The notes beneath the pieces are model-generated. The model was not told the origin of the DNA. It searched no databases and saw only the letters and a list, made by a program, of their open reading frames with translations. A stretch of 64,000 nucleotides of DNA from Emiliania huxleyi CCMP1516 (lineage: Eukaryota): the NCBI RefSeq assembly GCF_000372725.1, contig NW_005202427.1:1090459-1154458 (forward strand), given 5' to 3'. Every line of letters begins with the position of its first letter. Position 1 is the stretch's first letter. The position numbers and the translations under genes are program-made. Below, piece by piece: positions 1 to 11,727 of the stretch.

Positions 1-884
1 CGCGGCCGTGTAGGGCAGCTGCTTGGCGAGCGTCGCGGGCACGCCGCGGAAGAGCCCTACGGCCCCGGCGCCGACGCGTCACGGACGTGCGCTCGCCTCG
101 CCGCCCGCGCCAGCCTCCACAAGCGCGCCTCCCGGCCCCTCTTCCCGAAACAGCAGGCCCGCCGCGCCGAGCATGCCCGCGCCAGCATAGTCGGGGTCGG
201 AGACCTGCCGTATCCGCGTCGCCTCGGCGGGCGCGACGACGAGCGACGCGATCGCGCCCGCCAGCAGCCCGGCCAGTAGCGGGCCGAGCCACAGAGCGGA
301 GCCGCCCGCGCCGAGCCGGACAAGCAGCGCAGCGAGAGGCGCCTTGACGCGCTCGTACGCGCCAAACTTGAGCGCGCCCTCGATGCCGTACCCGAGCAGC
401 GTCGGCTTCAGGCCGGTGAGCAGCGCGGACGCTCCCTCCTCCCTCACCACCCGGGCGAGGCCCTCATGCAGCTGGATGCCCGAGTACGACGGCACCTGAG
501 GGCGGCGAGGCGGCGGCGGTGGCCGTCAGCGGCGGGCCGCAGAGAAGGGAGACGCGCTGCCGTATGCTGGCGGCTGGCGGGAGAAGGCGCCGCGCTCACC
601 GTCTGCTGGCGCGTCTTGACGACGTCGACCGGGCAGGCGATGCCGTGCGAGACCGCAGCACAGACGCCGCCCGCGAGCGCATACTGCCAACCGCCCGTCA
701 TCGCCACGCCGCCGCGACTCCGTCTCGCGACAATGCTGCGGCAGGGAGCGGCGGCGTGGCCGGCCGCGCAGTGGGCCAGCGCGCCGAAGCAGCTTGGAGG
801 CGGGGTGGCCGCCCGCCAGCCACTAGCCGCAGGAAGACGCCAGGCGGTGAGCGCGGCGAGGAGCGCGGCTCTTCGCGGCGACAT
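1..884 (-). CDS. Mitochondrial carrier family (SLC25) protein, phosphate-carrier-like; 3' part runs off the window
   Basis: Exon 1 has ALAGGVCAAVSHGIACPVDVVKTRQQ (Px[DE]xxKxR signature). Exon 2 has GLKPTLLGYGIEGALKFGAYE and APAEATRIRQ. Exon 3 has GLFRGVPATLAKQLPYT. Introns at about 496-599 (GT-AG) and about 57-97 (GC-AG). The N-terminus is hydrophobic and presequence-like. Confidence 0.88.
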
Positions 885-1095
885 TGCAATGAGCGGCGAG
901 CAAAAAATGAGAAAAAAAAACCGAAGGAGAATCGGCGAGAGACTGCGAAGAGAGATAGGAAGAAGCAGACTCCCTAGGGTGGGCGACGGATAGCGCACCA
1001 CACACCTCTCCTTAAAATCCCTGTGTGGTGGCGGCGTGCCGTCCTCCCATCCCTCCCTTGGGTTGCTGCTTTCTTTCTTTCTTTCTTTCTTTACG
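878..1095. repeat. Dispersed non-coding repeat family, copy 1
   Basis: ccctagggtgggcgacggatagcgcaccacacacctctccttaaaatccctgtgtggtggcggcgtgccgtcctcccatccctccctt plus (tttc)n matches the reverse complement of 50272-50440 and 51244-51355. The 5' part gacattgcaatgagcggcgagcaaaaaatga recurs at 1971-2001. Confidence 0.85.
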
Positions 1096-1967
1096 CTCCG
1101 ACCCGAATTTGGAGGGCCTAAAAGTTTAAGTTGTTGCCCTTAAAAAGGGGTCGGACACCGGGCGCAGCTCATGCTAAGAGCTAGAAGAGGAGATAGAGAG
1201 AACAACCACCCTGTCCCGTTATTGCGTACACCAACACCACAAAACGCTCTCTCTCTCCTGTCCTCACTCAGGGGGGTCACAACTACCAAGTCCCTCGACT
1301 AGCTGCCACAGGGCGCAGCTGCCACAGGGCGCAGCTGGAGACGCTCCCCCTCAATCGGCATCCACCCCCACCCGCTCCAGCCCCACTTCTGCTGCCGAGA
1401 GAGCTGAATCGAAGCAAGCGAGCCATTGCATCTTGGCGTGCTCCTGGAGCGCGGCTTTCTAAGGCCACGAGCACGGCGGAGTCGGCGTCGTAGCGCGCAT
1501 CGTTCCCGCTCATCGCCCATTCCTCCCGTGACGTGTGTCGGCCGCGATTCGATGTCGCCACCTTCATCGCCAACGAGGACTCCCTCGACTGCAGGGGGGC
1601 TCCGGCGCGGGGAGGGACTCCGCCTGCTGCGCTGGCCGACTGCGCCCTCCTCCTCCATGGGATCGATCCGATTCCGCAGCGGCGGTGCTGCGCGGGAGGC
1701 GGCCGCGGGCACGCTGGGCTCGATCAGCGGCTTTCCCCTCAGGTAGCGCGAAAGCACGGATTTGGCGGATTCTTGGCTTCAATTTTACGAATGTCTTGGC
1801 ACCAGCTGAAGGCTTGCCCCCGTCCACGGCCCACATCGCCGGATTCGTGCACGGTATTGGATTTTGGCTATTTGCTCGTGTGGGGGTATATCGCAGATTT
1901 GTCAATGGTACCGCGTCTGCGACGCGGGCGCCTTGCGGGCAGAGCCCTTAGCCACCCTTTTATCTTG

Positions 1968-2175
1968 CGCGACATTGCAATGAGCGGCGAGCAAAAAATG
2001 ACAGAGAAATCGATGTGCGCGTGTGTGTGTGTGTGTGTAATCGACGAGCGAGGTGGCATGAAGGTCGCTGCGAGAATTGGCGAGAAACTGTGACGAGAGA
2101 TCAGACGGCCATGGGCAAACAGACGGCTAGCACCACACTCCTTCCTTTCGCTTTCCGGAAAATCCCTGTGAGGCG
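1968..2175. repeat. Dispersed repeat family, diverged copy 2
   Basis: Shares gcgacattgcaatgagcggcgagcaaaaaatga with 878-911 and gaggtggcatgaagg..cgagaat.ggcgaga.actg with the reverse complement of 50420-50462. Confidence 0.7.
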
Positions 2176-2427
2176 AGCAACAATACGGGAATGTACGCGT
2201 AAGAGCCACATACACTGAGAGGTGAACCGTGCCATCCTCGATCGCCGTGCAAAGCTCGCTTCCGAGCTCTCACGCCGCGCGTAGGGCCCTTAGGGGCCTA
2301 GAGAACACAACCCCCTCTCTCTTTTCTCCCAGTAAGCTTACACACTGAAAAACGTCTGTCGCTAGCGAGCCGGAAAAAGAATTTCGCCGCGATTCATTCC
2401 AAACTTGTGCCCACCCCCATCACGCCC

Positions 2428-3846
2428 ATGAGGCTGCAGGCTGCGCTGCTCGTCGCCGTCGCAGCAAGAGGTGGAGCTGGAACTCCAAATTGCACGGTCT
2501 ACATCGCGGATCCGGGCACGGAATTCAACTCGGCCTCAACCTCTGAGTTTCCGGGCAGCGCCACTCCCGAGAAGCACGTCGCACACTGGATGCACACCGG
2601 GCTGCTCTCATCTGCCCTGCGGACATCAAGGATTCAGGAGGCTAGAGTCATATTCGTTGCTCACTACTTTCTCAAACACCAGGAGAAGGGCTGGACCCTG
2701 CACGACTGGAAGAGGCAGCTGAAGGGCGGCCCTGCGCGCCTCTTCAATGGGAACACAGAGCTGCTCCGTCGCTGGCGAGATCGCCCGTTCGATTTTGCGA
2801 TCGCACCCATGCTGCCATCGTGTGCGGAGGTACGTGCTCCCGTGTGGCTCGATATGGCTCGATGGGTCGTCATCAACCCATGGTGCATCTACCGGCACGG
2901 CTACGACATCGTTGCGCCGCCCATCGTGTCCCCATCTCCAGCGAGCGACGCGTCGCCACGCGCAAACGCTCGTCGTCACTTCATCACGTACGTCGGAAAG
3001 CTTCGCAAGCCATACCTCCAGCCCCCCATGACCAAGCTCCGCTTCCTCATGTGGTCGCACCTGCGAGCTCACCCGAACGTCACATTTCTCGCAGAGGACG
3101 TCCAAAAGGCCGCCGCTCCATACCTGCCCTCCGACGGCAGCGCGCAGCCGCGGTGCGCGGTGTGCAAGTTCAGCTGCAAACAGTGCATCGCCCTCCCCCC
3201 TGCGACGGCGCACCTCCCGCTCAGTGTTGGCTCGATGGAGGAAGTGCAGTCGAGGGCCCACTACCAAACGTACCTCAAAAATTCCACCTTTTGTCTCGTC
3301 CTGCGCGGCGACCACGAGAACTCGCGCCGATTCTCAGAGGCGATCCTGGCCGGCTGCGTCCCCGTGCTGATCGCCGACATGCCGGCCTGGCCCTTTGCCC
3401 GGCGCCTCGACTACAAGAAGTTCAGTTACGAGTTCAGCTGGGCTGGCGCGAGCAGGGACCCTTTGCTCGTCGTCAACGGTGCGCGCCATTGCCCGTTGTT
3501 CCCCATAGCAAGCTTCTCACCCTTGCCTTTTCTGGTCCACTCAGAACTGCTGCGGCTTCCAGCCGGAGAGATCGCCGTGAAGCAGCGGGAGCTCGCTCGC
3601 GTGCGCCCCCTCTTTCAATACCGTGCCGACGCGGACCGCCCTGGCGCGGTGCAGCAGCTGGTGCAGGACCTGTGCGCGAGCCCAACCAAGACGACAGAGC
3701 TGATGAGCGTCGTCGCGCGAGGCACGCACAAGCGCCCGTCAAAGCCTTCTCGTGGCCTCGCCGGTGGTGCCGACGGCCATGCCAAGAGGCTCGGCTACCC
3801 TGGCAGGACTTCGCTGTATGAATTGCGCGTCTCCGCCAGAAGATGA
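2428..3846 (+). CDS. Exostosin-family (GT47) glycosyltransferase
   Basis: Signal/anchor peptide; STFCLVLRGDHENSRRFSEAILAGCVPVLIAD is the typical exostosin C-terminal motif. Probable in-frame intron at about 3479-3544. Confidence 0.85.
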   Translation: MRLQAALLVAVAARGGAGTPNCTVYIADPGTEFNSASTSEFPGSATPEKHVAHWMHTGLLSSALRTSRIQEARVIFVAHYFLKHQEKGWTLHDWKRQLKGGPARLFNGNTELLRRWRDRPFDFAIAPMLPSCAEVRAPVWLDMARWVVINPWCIYRHGYDIVAPPIVSPSPASDASPRANARRHFITYVGKLRKPYLQPPMTKLRFLMWSHLRAHPNVTFLAEDVQKAAAPYLPSDGSAQPRCAVCKFSCKQCIALPPATAHLPLSVGSMEEVQSRAHYQTYLKNSTFCLVLRGDHENSRRFSEAILAGCVPVLIADMPAWPFARRLDYKKFSYEFSWAGASRDPLLVVNGARHCPLFPIASFSPLPFLVHSELLRLPAGEIAVKQRELARVRPLFQYRADADRPGAVQQLVQDLCASPTKTTELMSVVARGTHKRPSKPSRGLAGGADGHAKRLGYPGRTSLYELRVSARR

Positions 3847-4349
3847 GGGTGTGACAACTGACGTGATGGTAAGCCCCAGGGGTCGCTCATCAGGCGCACC
3901 GTGAATAAATTAGACTGGAGGAGAAGCGAAAGAGGATCAGGACGTTCCCAAAGAACATATCTAGGGCCAGGCTGCAGGCACAACCGGCCGCGCGCGACGG
4001 ACTTGAGAGATGGATATATAGTCCTCGACCCGTCGTACCGACTACCGTCGACCGCGCTCAGACGCGGCCATATGTGATTGTGGGTTGTCGGCGCGGACCA
4101 TATGTTTTTTTTGCTTGGCCGGCCCTGATGATGAAGGCCCGCGAGAGGAGCGCGACCGCGGGCACCCGCGTGCCGCGAGGCGGGAATGTAGGCCATGCGG
4201 CACGCGCCACGGAGCCGGACGAGACTCGACTTCAGGACCACAAATACATTATACATGACCACAACCACATGCCGACATGCAAAGTTAACACGACAAAGAC
4301 CGAATATGGACACATGGTATGCCAATGCTCAGGACGATGGACAGAACGC

Positions 4350-6050
4350 TCAGACCATGGCGCCATCCCCGGCCGGAGCGGCGGCCGCCGTCTTCCCGCG
4401 GGCGCGCACCCTGCGCAGCAGCACTAGCAGCGTGAGGAGCAGCAGCACGACCAGGGCGAGCAGGCAGAGCTCGTACACGATCTCGGTGGAGACGATGAGC
4501 CCGGGGAGGTCGGCGCGTAGGATGAGGCCCCGCGCCGCCGCATTGTAGAACGGGGTGGAGGAGGATGTCACGACGGCGACTAGCGAGAGCGGCTCGCCGT
4601 GCAGGTACGAGGAGATGGCCCGCTCGAGCGCTATGGCCTCGGCCGCGTTGTCTGGCGACTCGATGACGGCGCGCGCGACGAGGCGGCTCCGACCGCGGGG
4701 GAGAGACACGTCGGACAGGCGGGCACGCACGAAGGGGACGCCAACCTCGGCGGCGGTGGGGGGGGGCACGTCGCCGGTCGGTGGGGCGACCGCCGCCCGG
4801 AGAGGCACGCGCGACGAGTGGCGCACGGAAGGCGCCTCCGCCCCCGCCCCCGCCCCCACCCCCGCCTCCGCCTCCGCCTCCGCCTCCGCCTCGCTGCGGA
4901 CAAAGCCGAGCGGCGCCCGCCACGAGGGCAGCCGCAGCCGAGGCACCTGCAGCCGAGGCACCTGCAGCCGAGGCACCTCCGGCAGGAGACGACTCGCCTC
5001 GGGGAGGAAGTGCGCCACCCGCGACCGGACCTACGCCCTCCGCCGATAGAGGTGTCAGGCGGGAGCCCGGGGAGAGAGGGCTGGGCAGGGTGCTCGCACC
5101 CGGCCAAGCAGTACGGCAGGATCCTCCGACGCCGGATCGCCTGCGGCAGCAGGCGCCTCCGAGACGGGCACGCGCGGCGCAGCGTGCGGCGGCGGGACGG
5201 GGTGCTTCCCCGCGTGCAGGAGCACCGACGCAGTGAGGTCGCCGAGGCCGCCGATGCCGAAGGAGGAGTTGTTTTCGACCTCGAGCTCCACCTCGAACTG
5301 ATGGCTCCGCAAACCGACGAGTGGGCTCACGCTCCGCACGACTCTCCTCAGCAGCGGGAAGGCGCCGCCCTCTCGCAGCGCGTTGAGCCGCAGGCCGAGC
5401 ACCGAGGGCGGCTCTCGCAGCGAGATGCCGAAGCCGCGCCCGCCGCGCAGCGAGAGCGACTTTGCCAGCCGGATGCCCGGGATGGACAGCGTGCCGATCC
5501 CGCCGCAGCTGGTCGTCTTGCCGAGAAAGGCGAGGGCCGCCACCGCGCCGCTCTCCTTGGAGCAGCCGTAGTCCTCCCCGCGCAGCTGCACCGTCACCAC
5601 CGCCCAGATCTGAACCTGCAGCACGTCGCGGTAGACGGCGGCGACGGAGAGGCGCCTCAGCGCCGCCGCCTGCCGCGGATCCACGCTGAGCACGCCGCGG
5701 AGCGTCGCTCGCATCCGGCCGCCGCCCGCGATCTTGAGCGGCGTCGACCGCAGCTGGCCCACACTCTCGCCCTCGAACTCGACGTTGATGTCTGCGCTCG
5801 ACACCGTGAAGCTCGCCGGACCGGACTGGCCGCCGCCGATGGGAGGCGTGTCGATCGTAGCCTCGACCTCGACGTAGATCTGCAGCAGCCCCTGCGGGAG
5901 CGCCCGGCCCGAGCGCAGAGACTGCAGCTTGGCCGAGTGGAGTTGGACAGATGTCCTATCGAGCACGAGTTGCGCCAGCGACGCAGCAGGCCCGACTCTC
6001 AGCGCTTGCGCGAGTCCGAGGCTGAGAAGCAGCAGCAGGCGCCGCCACAT
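4350..6050 (-). CDS. Hypothetical secreted/membrane protein with LEA_2/DUF3712-like beta-rich repeats and a C-terminal TM helix
   Basis: ORF 5055-6050 begins with a signal peptide (MWRRLLLLLSLGLAQA). ORF 4350-5018 ends in a TM segment (LCLLALVVLLLLTLLVLL) followed by RR. The two are probably joined by an intron. Confidence 0.5.
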
Positions 6051-6267
6051 GGCGTGTGTTCTTTCGGCGAGCGACCTTTCGGCGAGTGTCGTGAGTAGGA
6101 AGAGCCAATCCCATCCTTGGGACGCGACGCCAGTGTTTTTCTTTTTGCTAGACCAGAAAATTCTTTTCGCTCATAGGCGATGCTCTAAAACCTGACTCGT
6201 CCAGCATTTCGCCGCGAGATCCCCTCCTCGCCGCGGCATCTGACTCGTCTGGGCGATCGACTCCTCC

Positions 6268-8610
6268 TCAGCGCCGATATTTCGCCGCAATCCCCTCCGC
6301 GGCATCCGACTCGTCCGCCAATTGCGCAAGCTGCGCCAGCAAGCTCGAGCTGCTGCACGAGGTGTTGCTCGCGGCCGTAGCGCCGGGTGGCTGGCTGCCG
6401 GAGGGCGGCGGCGCGGCGACGGCGATGGCCGCCCCCTTGCGCGAGACGCAATCGTCCGCCTTGGTCCTCGCCTTGGCCCCCTTGCGCGCGGGAGGGTGCC
6501 CGCTCGCCAGCTCGACAAGAGAGACCTGCCTCGCGAGCGCCCCCTCCTCCTCCCGCGCGGCGCCTCCGCCCGCGCCGCTCGCCCGCTCCAGCCCCCACAG
6601 CCTCTGAAGGACGGCGCTCATGGCGCGGGTCAGCGGCTCGCTCGGAAGCAGGGCCGCGAGCTCGAGTAGCGTCGGCGCGAGCCCTTCCCTGCCAAAGAGG
6701 TCGAGCGTCAGCTCGACATACTCCCTCGCCGCAGCCTCGAGCGTCGACGCGCCGGCGGCGCCCTTCCCTGACGATGCGAACGCGGCCGACGCCTCCTTGA
6801 AGGGGCCGAGCAGCTGCTCCTCGTCGCCCGCGCCGGCGACGGCGGCGGCTCGCGCCGACAGGGCCGCCAGCAGCGCGCGGTGGCGGCGGGCGGCGTCCGC
6901 CCGATCCGACGGAGGCGGAGGCAGCGCCGCCCAGCGCCCCGCCCCTCCCGCCGCCGCGCCTCCCACCCCTCCAGCTGCCCCTGCTGCCCCTGCCGCCCCT
7001 GCCGCCCCTGCCGCCGCCGGCTCGAGCGCCTTGCGGCGGGGGCGCTCCAAACTCAGCTGCTCCAAACTTGGAGTGACTCCAAGCGGCCGCGCTGCTGCGG
7101 CGGCCGCGGCGGCCGCAGCGGCGGCCGCGGCCGCCGCCTCGGCCCTCTCCCGCTCCTCTGTCGCTTCTGCTGCAGCCGCGACCGCAGCCGCAGCCGCAGC
7201 CGCCTCCTCCGCCTCCTCCGCCCTGTGCACCGCCTCCAGCGCGACCGCCTCCTGCGCCTTGCGCTGCTTGGCCGCCGCCTTCTTCTGCCCCTTGCTCTTC
7301 GCGGGCGCGGGCGCGGGCGCCGAGCTCACCGGCCCGCGAGCGACCGAAGACGAGGCTGCGCCGCCGCCGCCAGACATGACGCACGCGTCTGGCCGGTAGT
7401 TGCCGCCACGCTGCCGCCCGGCACCGCCGATGAGCGGGCCCGCAGCGACGACGGTCCTCGGCGGCGCGGCGGCTTGGGCGCCGCTTCCTCCACCGCCGCT
7501 TCCTCCACCGCCGGCGCGCGCGCCGCGCCGCTGCTGCCTTTCCCACGCCACCGAGAGAGGCCGCTGGGCCGCCACCCGGCTCTGGTCGAGGGAGGGGAAG
7601 GAGAGCTCCGGCGGAGGAGCCGGCTCGCGCGGGGCGGGCCCGGCAGCGGGCCGCGGGGCAGGCGCGGCAGGCTGTGGGGCGGGCGCCGCTCGCGCCAAAG
7701 GCGCCGCTCGCGCCAAAGGCGCTGCTCGCGCCAAAGACGCTGCTCCCCGAGGCGGAGGCACTGCCGCCCCGTGCCCCGCCCACCGGGCTGGCTCCCCGCC
7801 TGAGCGGCCCGACGCCGCGCCCGGCACGGCATCGTCGTCGACGAGGAGGAAGCCATCGTAGTGGCTGCTGATGGCGGGCTCGTCGGGCAGACGGCGGCCG
7901 CGGCCGAGTAGCGGGCTCCGCTCGACGTCGCGACTCGCCGCCGCCGCGGGAGAGCGAGCGGCAAAGAGCGACTGCAGCACGGCGGACGCCTCCTCTCGCA
8001 GGGCCGCGACCTGGTTGCCGCTGCCATCCGACGCAAACTCGTCGCGGTGGTCAAAGGCGTAGGCGACTCGCGCCGCGGGCAGACGGTGCGAGGCGAGGTA
8101 CCCGTCGAGGCGAGCACACTCCGACCGCTCGAGCGCCCGGCGGGAGATCGGGTGCTCAAACCGGCCCGTGCTGACGAGGTACGACGCGAGGACGTTGCCG
8201 TCGAAGAGGTCGTTGTCGGAGGGGTGGTCCAAGTCCGCGGCGAGCGAGAAGGGCGGATAGCCGAGGGCTGCGAGCGGCTCGAGCGAGATTGGGTCCACCA
8301 GCCCCTCGGCGCCGCTCGAGCGCGGCGAGCCGAGGTTCTCGCGCCCAACCGGGGCCGGGGTGACGGGCGCTTTGAGAGGCGCATGCCGCACCGCCGCGAC
8401 AATCGCGCCGCCGCCGTGGCCTGTGGGCTGGTCGAGGGCCTTGTTCGCCTGCAGCTCGGCGGCCACCTCGCGATAGCGTGCCACGCACTCCCGCTTTGGG
8501 CGGCCGGTGTGCTCGGCGATGCGCTGCCAGCGCTCCTCCTTCCCGAGGCTACTGGGGTACAGGCGGAGCGCGTCCTGCAAGCGGCTGTGGGCCTCCGCGC
8601 TCCACTCCAT
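6268..8610 (-). CDS. Protein with an N-terminal SANT/Myb domain, a U-box-like region and a ZNF598/Hel2-like C-terminal helical region
   Basis: WSAEAHSRLQDALRLYP...EERWQRIAEHTGRPKRECVARY resembles the DNAJC2-type SANT domain. VDPISLEPL...FDGNVLASYLVSTGRFEHPISRRAL is U-box-like. The middle is Ala/Pro low-complexity sequence. Confidence 0.6.
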   Translation of the reverse strand: MEWSAEAHSRLQDALRLYPSSLGKEERWQRIAEHTGRPKRECVARYREVAAELQANKALDQPTGHGGGAIVAAVRHAPLKAPVTPAPVGRENLGSPRSSGAEGLVDPISLEPLAALGYPPFSLAADLDHPSDNDLFDGNVLASYLVSTGRFEHPISRRALERSECARLDGYLASHRLPAARVAYAFDHRDEFASDGSGNQVAALREEASAVLQSLFAARSPAAAASRDVERSPLLGRGRRLPDEPAISSHYDGFLLVDDDAVPGAASGRSGGEPARWAGHGAAVPPPRGAASLARAAPLARAAPLARAAPAPQPAAPAPRPAAGPAPREPAPPPELSFPSLDQSRVAAQRPLSVAWERQQRRGARAGGGGSGGGGSGAQAAAPPRTVVAAGPLIGGAGRQRGGNYRPDACVMSGGGGAASSSVARGPVSSAPAPAPAKSKGQKKAAAKQRKAQEAVALEAVHRAEEAEEAAAAAAAVAAAAEATEERERAEAAAAAAAAAAAAAAAARPLGVTPSLEQLSLERPRRKALEPAAAGAAGAAGAAGAAGGVGGAAAGGAGRWAALPPPPSDRADAARRHRALLAALSARAAAVAGAGDEEQLLGPFKEASAAFASSGKGAAGASTLEAAAREYVELTLDLFGREGLAPTLLELAALLPSEPLTRAMSAVLQRLWGLERASGAGGGAAREEEGALARQVSLVELASGHPPARKGAKARTKADDCVSRKGAAIAVAAPPPSGSQPPGATAASNTSCSSSSLLAQLAQLADESDAAEGIAAKYRR

Positions 8611-9956
8611 CGGCTCGGTCCGTGCACGATTTCCGCGACCAAAGAAAGCCGCAAACTGAAACAAAGAATGCCGCACAAGCGTGCGCACTGTCCCTCGTTG
8701 TTCGAGTGCGTCGCCCATCTCTCCCTGGAGATGACTGCTCGATTTATTTATTTAAATGCCTGTGGTTTGCGAGTGACTGCCAGTGAGAAGCTGGAGAGGC
8801 AGGTCGCTAGACTGAGATGAGACCGCCAGTGGAGTTGGGAGTCCACCGTGCACCGCGCTGCGAGCCTGTCGTGTCCCTTGTCAGGAGCAGGAGAGCCCCA
8901 CCTGTGCCCCTGGTCGTCCTTCCAAAAGCCTGCTCGTGCAGGTGTGGACCCTGTCCTCCTCCCCATCCCTCGTTTGGGGTTGTCTGCTGCGAGGGGTGGG
9001 GGGCGCCAGCGCCCTCCCACAACGGCGTGTTCATGTTCACACCGGGGGGCGAGAGCCCCGACTGCGGGCACAGGTTTCCTTCTCCTTGGAGGGTGGACTT
9101 CGGCGCGAGCTCGGGCGTCATGACCGCGCCCGTGAACAGCGCCTTGACCCTGTCCGGGGCCGACGGGCTTGACACGGCCTCGGCCCTTCCCTCGACGGCG
9201 GGGGGGAGCTTCTCTGTGCGCGCGGCCTTTGCCTTGCGGCCGCTCGACAGTTCACGGTCTCCCTCGATCTCCATAGTAGCGCCTCCTTCACGACCAGCAC
9301 GCTGTGAAATCGATTAGTCCCAACAACCGTTAAGAAAAACAAAAAACGCCAACCCCCCTCTCAAGGACCCTCCGAACTATGCCAGCCCTCTTGTGGCTTC
9401 GACGCACACGCTACTTCAGCCACAGAGTCTAGGACAGGTCCATTAAGACTTTTCAGTCGTGGGGGTGGCTTTTGTTATTCCTTTCCGGTTTTATCATGAC
9501 CGACCACAACCACGTCCGCCGTGGTTGCCACTACCACGTCCGCCGTGGTCCTGTTCGACTCTATGAGTCGTGGTTCGACTCTATGAGTCGCTGGTTCGAT
9601 CATGAGAGTTGCCACAACCACGCCCGACGTGGTTGTGGTTGCCACGCCCGTTCCCCCCTGGTTCGTCAAGCGCCCGCCGTTCAAGTTCGGCGATTCATAC
9701 CCATGGGGGAGCGGGGTTTATTACCCGTGTGTAGGTGTGAACGGGGACGTGTGCTCCCTGGGGACGAGCAGGTCTGTCTTCTTTCTTTCTTTCTTGCTAA
9801 ATTCTCTCGGGAGAAGAGTTCTTCTCTCGAATCGTGCTGTGCGGCTATGCTCAAATTCTTCTCTCGCGCACGACGGGTCTGAAAATTCTTCTCTCGACAT
9901 GAAACGTCCGCGACCGCGGGCACGCCCACCGGCACCGTCTGGCCCCACTCAACCCA

Positions 9957-10720
9957 ATGTTGGGCCTGACGGACGCGCACCGCCGCGACATCCGGAGGGC
10001 GTTCGACCTCTTCGACCAGGCCGGCCATGGCGTCATCGACGTCAGCGCGCTCCGGGTGGTCTTCCGCGCCCTCGGCTTTGAGCTCGGCCACGATGAAGTG
10101 AGAGCAGCAGCAGCCGCAGAGAGAGAGGAGCGCGGGGGAGCGAGGGACGGCTAGTACCGTTGGCATTCCATCCCGCCTCCCCTCTCACCGCCAACTTTGA
10201 CCAGGTCCCCGCTTTGACCAGGTGTGTGGCATGCTGAGCGACCAATCGAGGGGTGCAAATGCCGTGGACTTTAGCGAGATGCTGACCCTCGTCCAAAAAA
10301 TGGGCGAGCGAGAGAGCAGCGGGGAGCACGGGCGCGCGTTCCGTCTCTTTGACAGCGGTAGCGGCGGCGTCTCATTTGAGAGCTTGCGGCAGGTCACGCG
10401 TGGTCTGGGCGAGGAGATGCCGGACGAGTATAGTTGGCTTCGGAGGAGGCGATCTTCACCACGCTTGGTGTGAGCACAGGCGAGGAGATGACGGACGAGG
10501 AGTTGGCGGAGATGATTTCGAGCGCCGACCTCGACGAGGACGGCTTGGTGCGAGAGGAGATATTATCCACGATGGGACTTGAAGCCGGAAATTTGAAAGG
10601 AAAGGCACCACGTTGCCTTGACATTGCGGTCCGGGTGCGACCGTGCCTCGTCAGGTGAGCGAGGAGGAGTTTCGGCACGCGCTGAGGGGGCAAACGAGCA
10701 AAGCTCGGGATCGTGGGTAG
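9957..10720 (+). CDS. Centrin/caltractin-like EF-hand protein (divergent, 4 exons)
   Basis: LTDAHRRDIRRAFDLFDQAGHGVIDVSALRVVFRALGFE; VDFSEMLTLVQKMGERES; RAFRLFDSGSGGVSFESLRQV; LGEEMTDEELAEMISSADLDEDGLVSEEEF after splicing. Confidence 0.8.
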
Positions 10721-11727
10721 GGGATTGGGAGTGGTTAAGGGGGTGGCGGGGCAGGCGGCGCGCAAGCGCCATAGAGCGTGCGGTGGAAACGTGAGAAACG
10801 GCTACTCGAAGGTCGTCGGCTCGTCGAGGTTGGAGAAGATGAGGGGGGAACGAGGAGGGGGAATGGGCGGTCGGCGTCGGGGTAGAAGCAACAGGGCGTA
10901 CGGGGTAGTCGTCACATTCCTGCCCCGCAAGGGCGGGGCTGTCCTGGAAAGTGAGAAACGCCCGGCAGCGTGACGCACAACTTTAACCTCCCATACGTCG
11001 ATACGTGTTTGGGCTCCTCCTTCGCTGTTCCATCCCCTCATCTCTTTCCCGCCTAGGCGGGGCGATGGGCGGGCGCGGTGCGGTGCAGCGTGTGTGTGTG
11101 TGTGTGACTGTTGACACAAGGCGAGGGGGACCCCTCTACCGGCAACAGGCGAGCGCAGGGGCGGTCCTGCAGCGTGCAGGTGCACTCCACCTAGAGTGTG
11201 CTGCTGCAGATCTCTTTTACCTGTCGAGACGTATGAGTGTTCAAACATGAAACAACATCGCGCACATGGAACACCGCGCGTACACGTGTCACGTCTCACG
11301 CTGCTTCACGTGCGCCGGGCCGCATCCAAGGCGCATCCAAATAAATAAATAAATAAAAACGGTCAAACTCTGAGACGAGATGGGATTTAGGGACATGTGT
11401 CCCCGCCCTGCACGATCTTGGTGTGAGGGATCTTCAATCCGTCCCCTCACCCCTGGTCACTACCCGACACTAGAAGACGCATCCACAGCGTGTACGTGCG
11501 CTCTATTAGTATCACCTTGTATTTAGAGCTAGTTCCCCTCCCTGACGAACTCTGGGAGTACTTGGAGCACACAGGAGTCTGTACGATCAGCTAATAGACA
11601 CCAAGACGCGAAACACGACGCGGCACACACCTCAACCGACATCGCCGCTTGGAACTCTTTCGCTCTCTTTTCTGCACACGTGTATTGCACCTCGCAGGCA
11701 TCATGGCGGGCATCCGATGATGAGGCC

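Noticed and set aside
1097..1155. Small hairpin tccgaccc...gggtcgga as a mini-MITE or ncRNA
   Set aside because: Only 8 bp of perfect stem, no TSD and a single copy.
9500..9650. Short imperfect repeats as a repeat-spacer array
   Set aside because: Irregular local duplications with no constant period.
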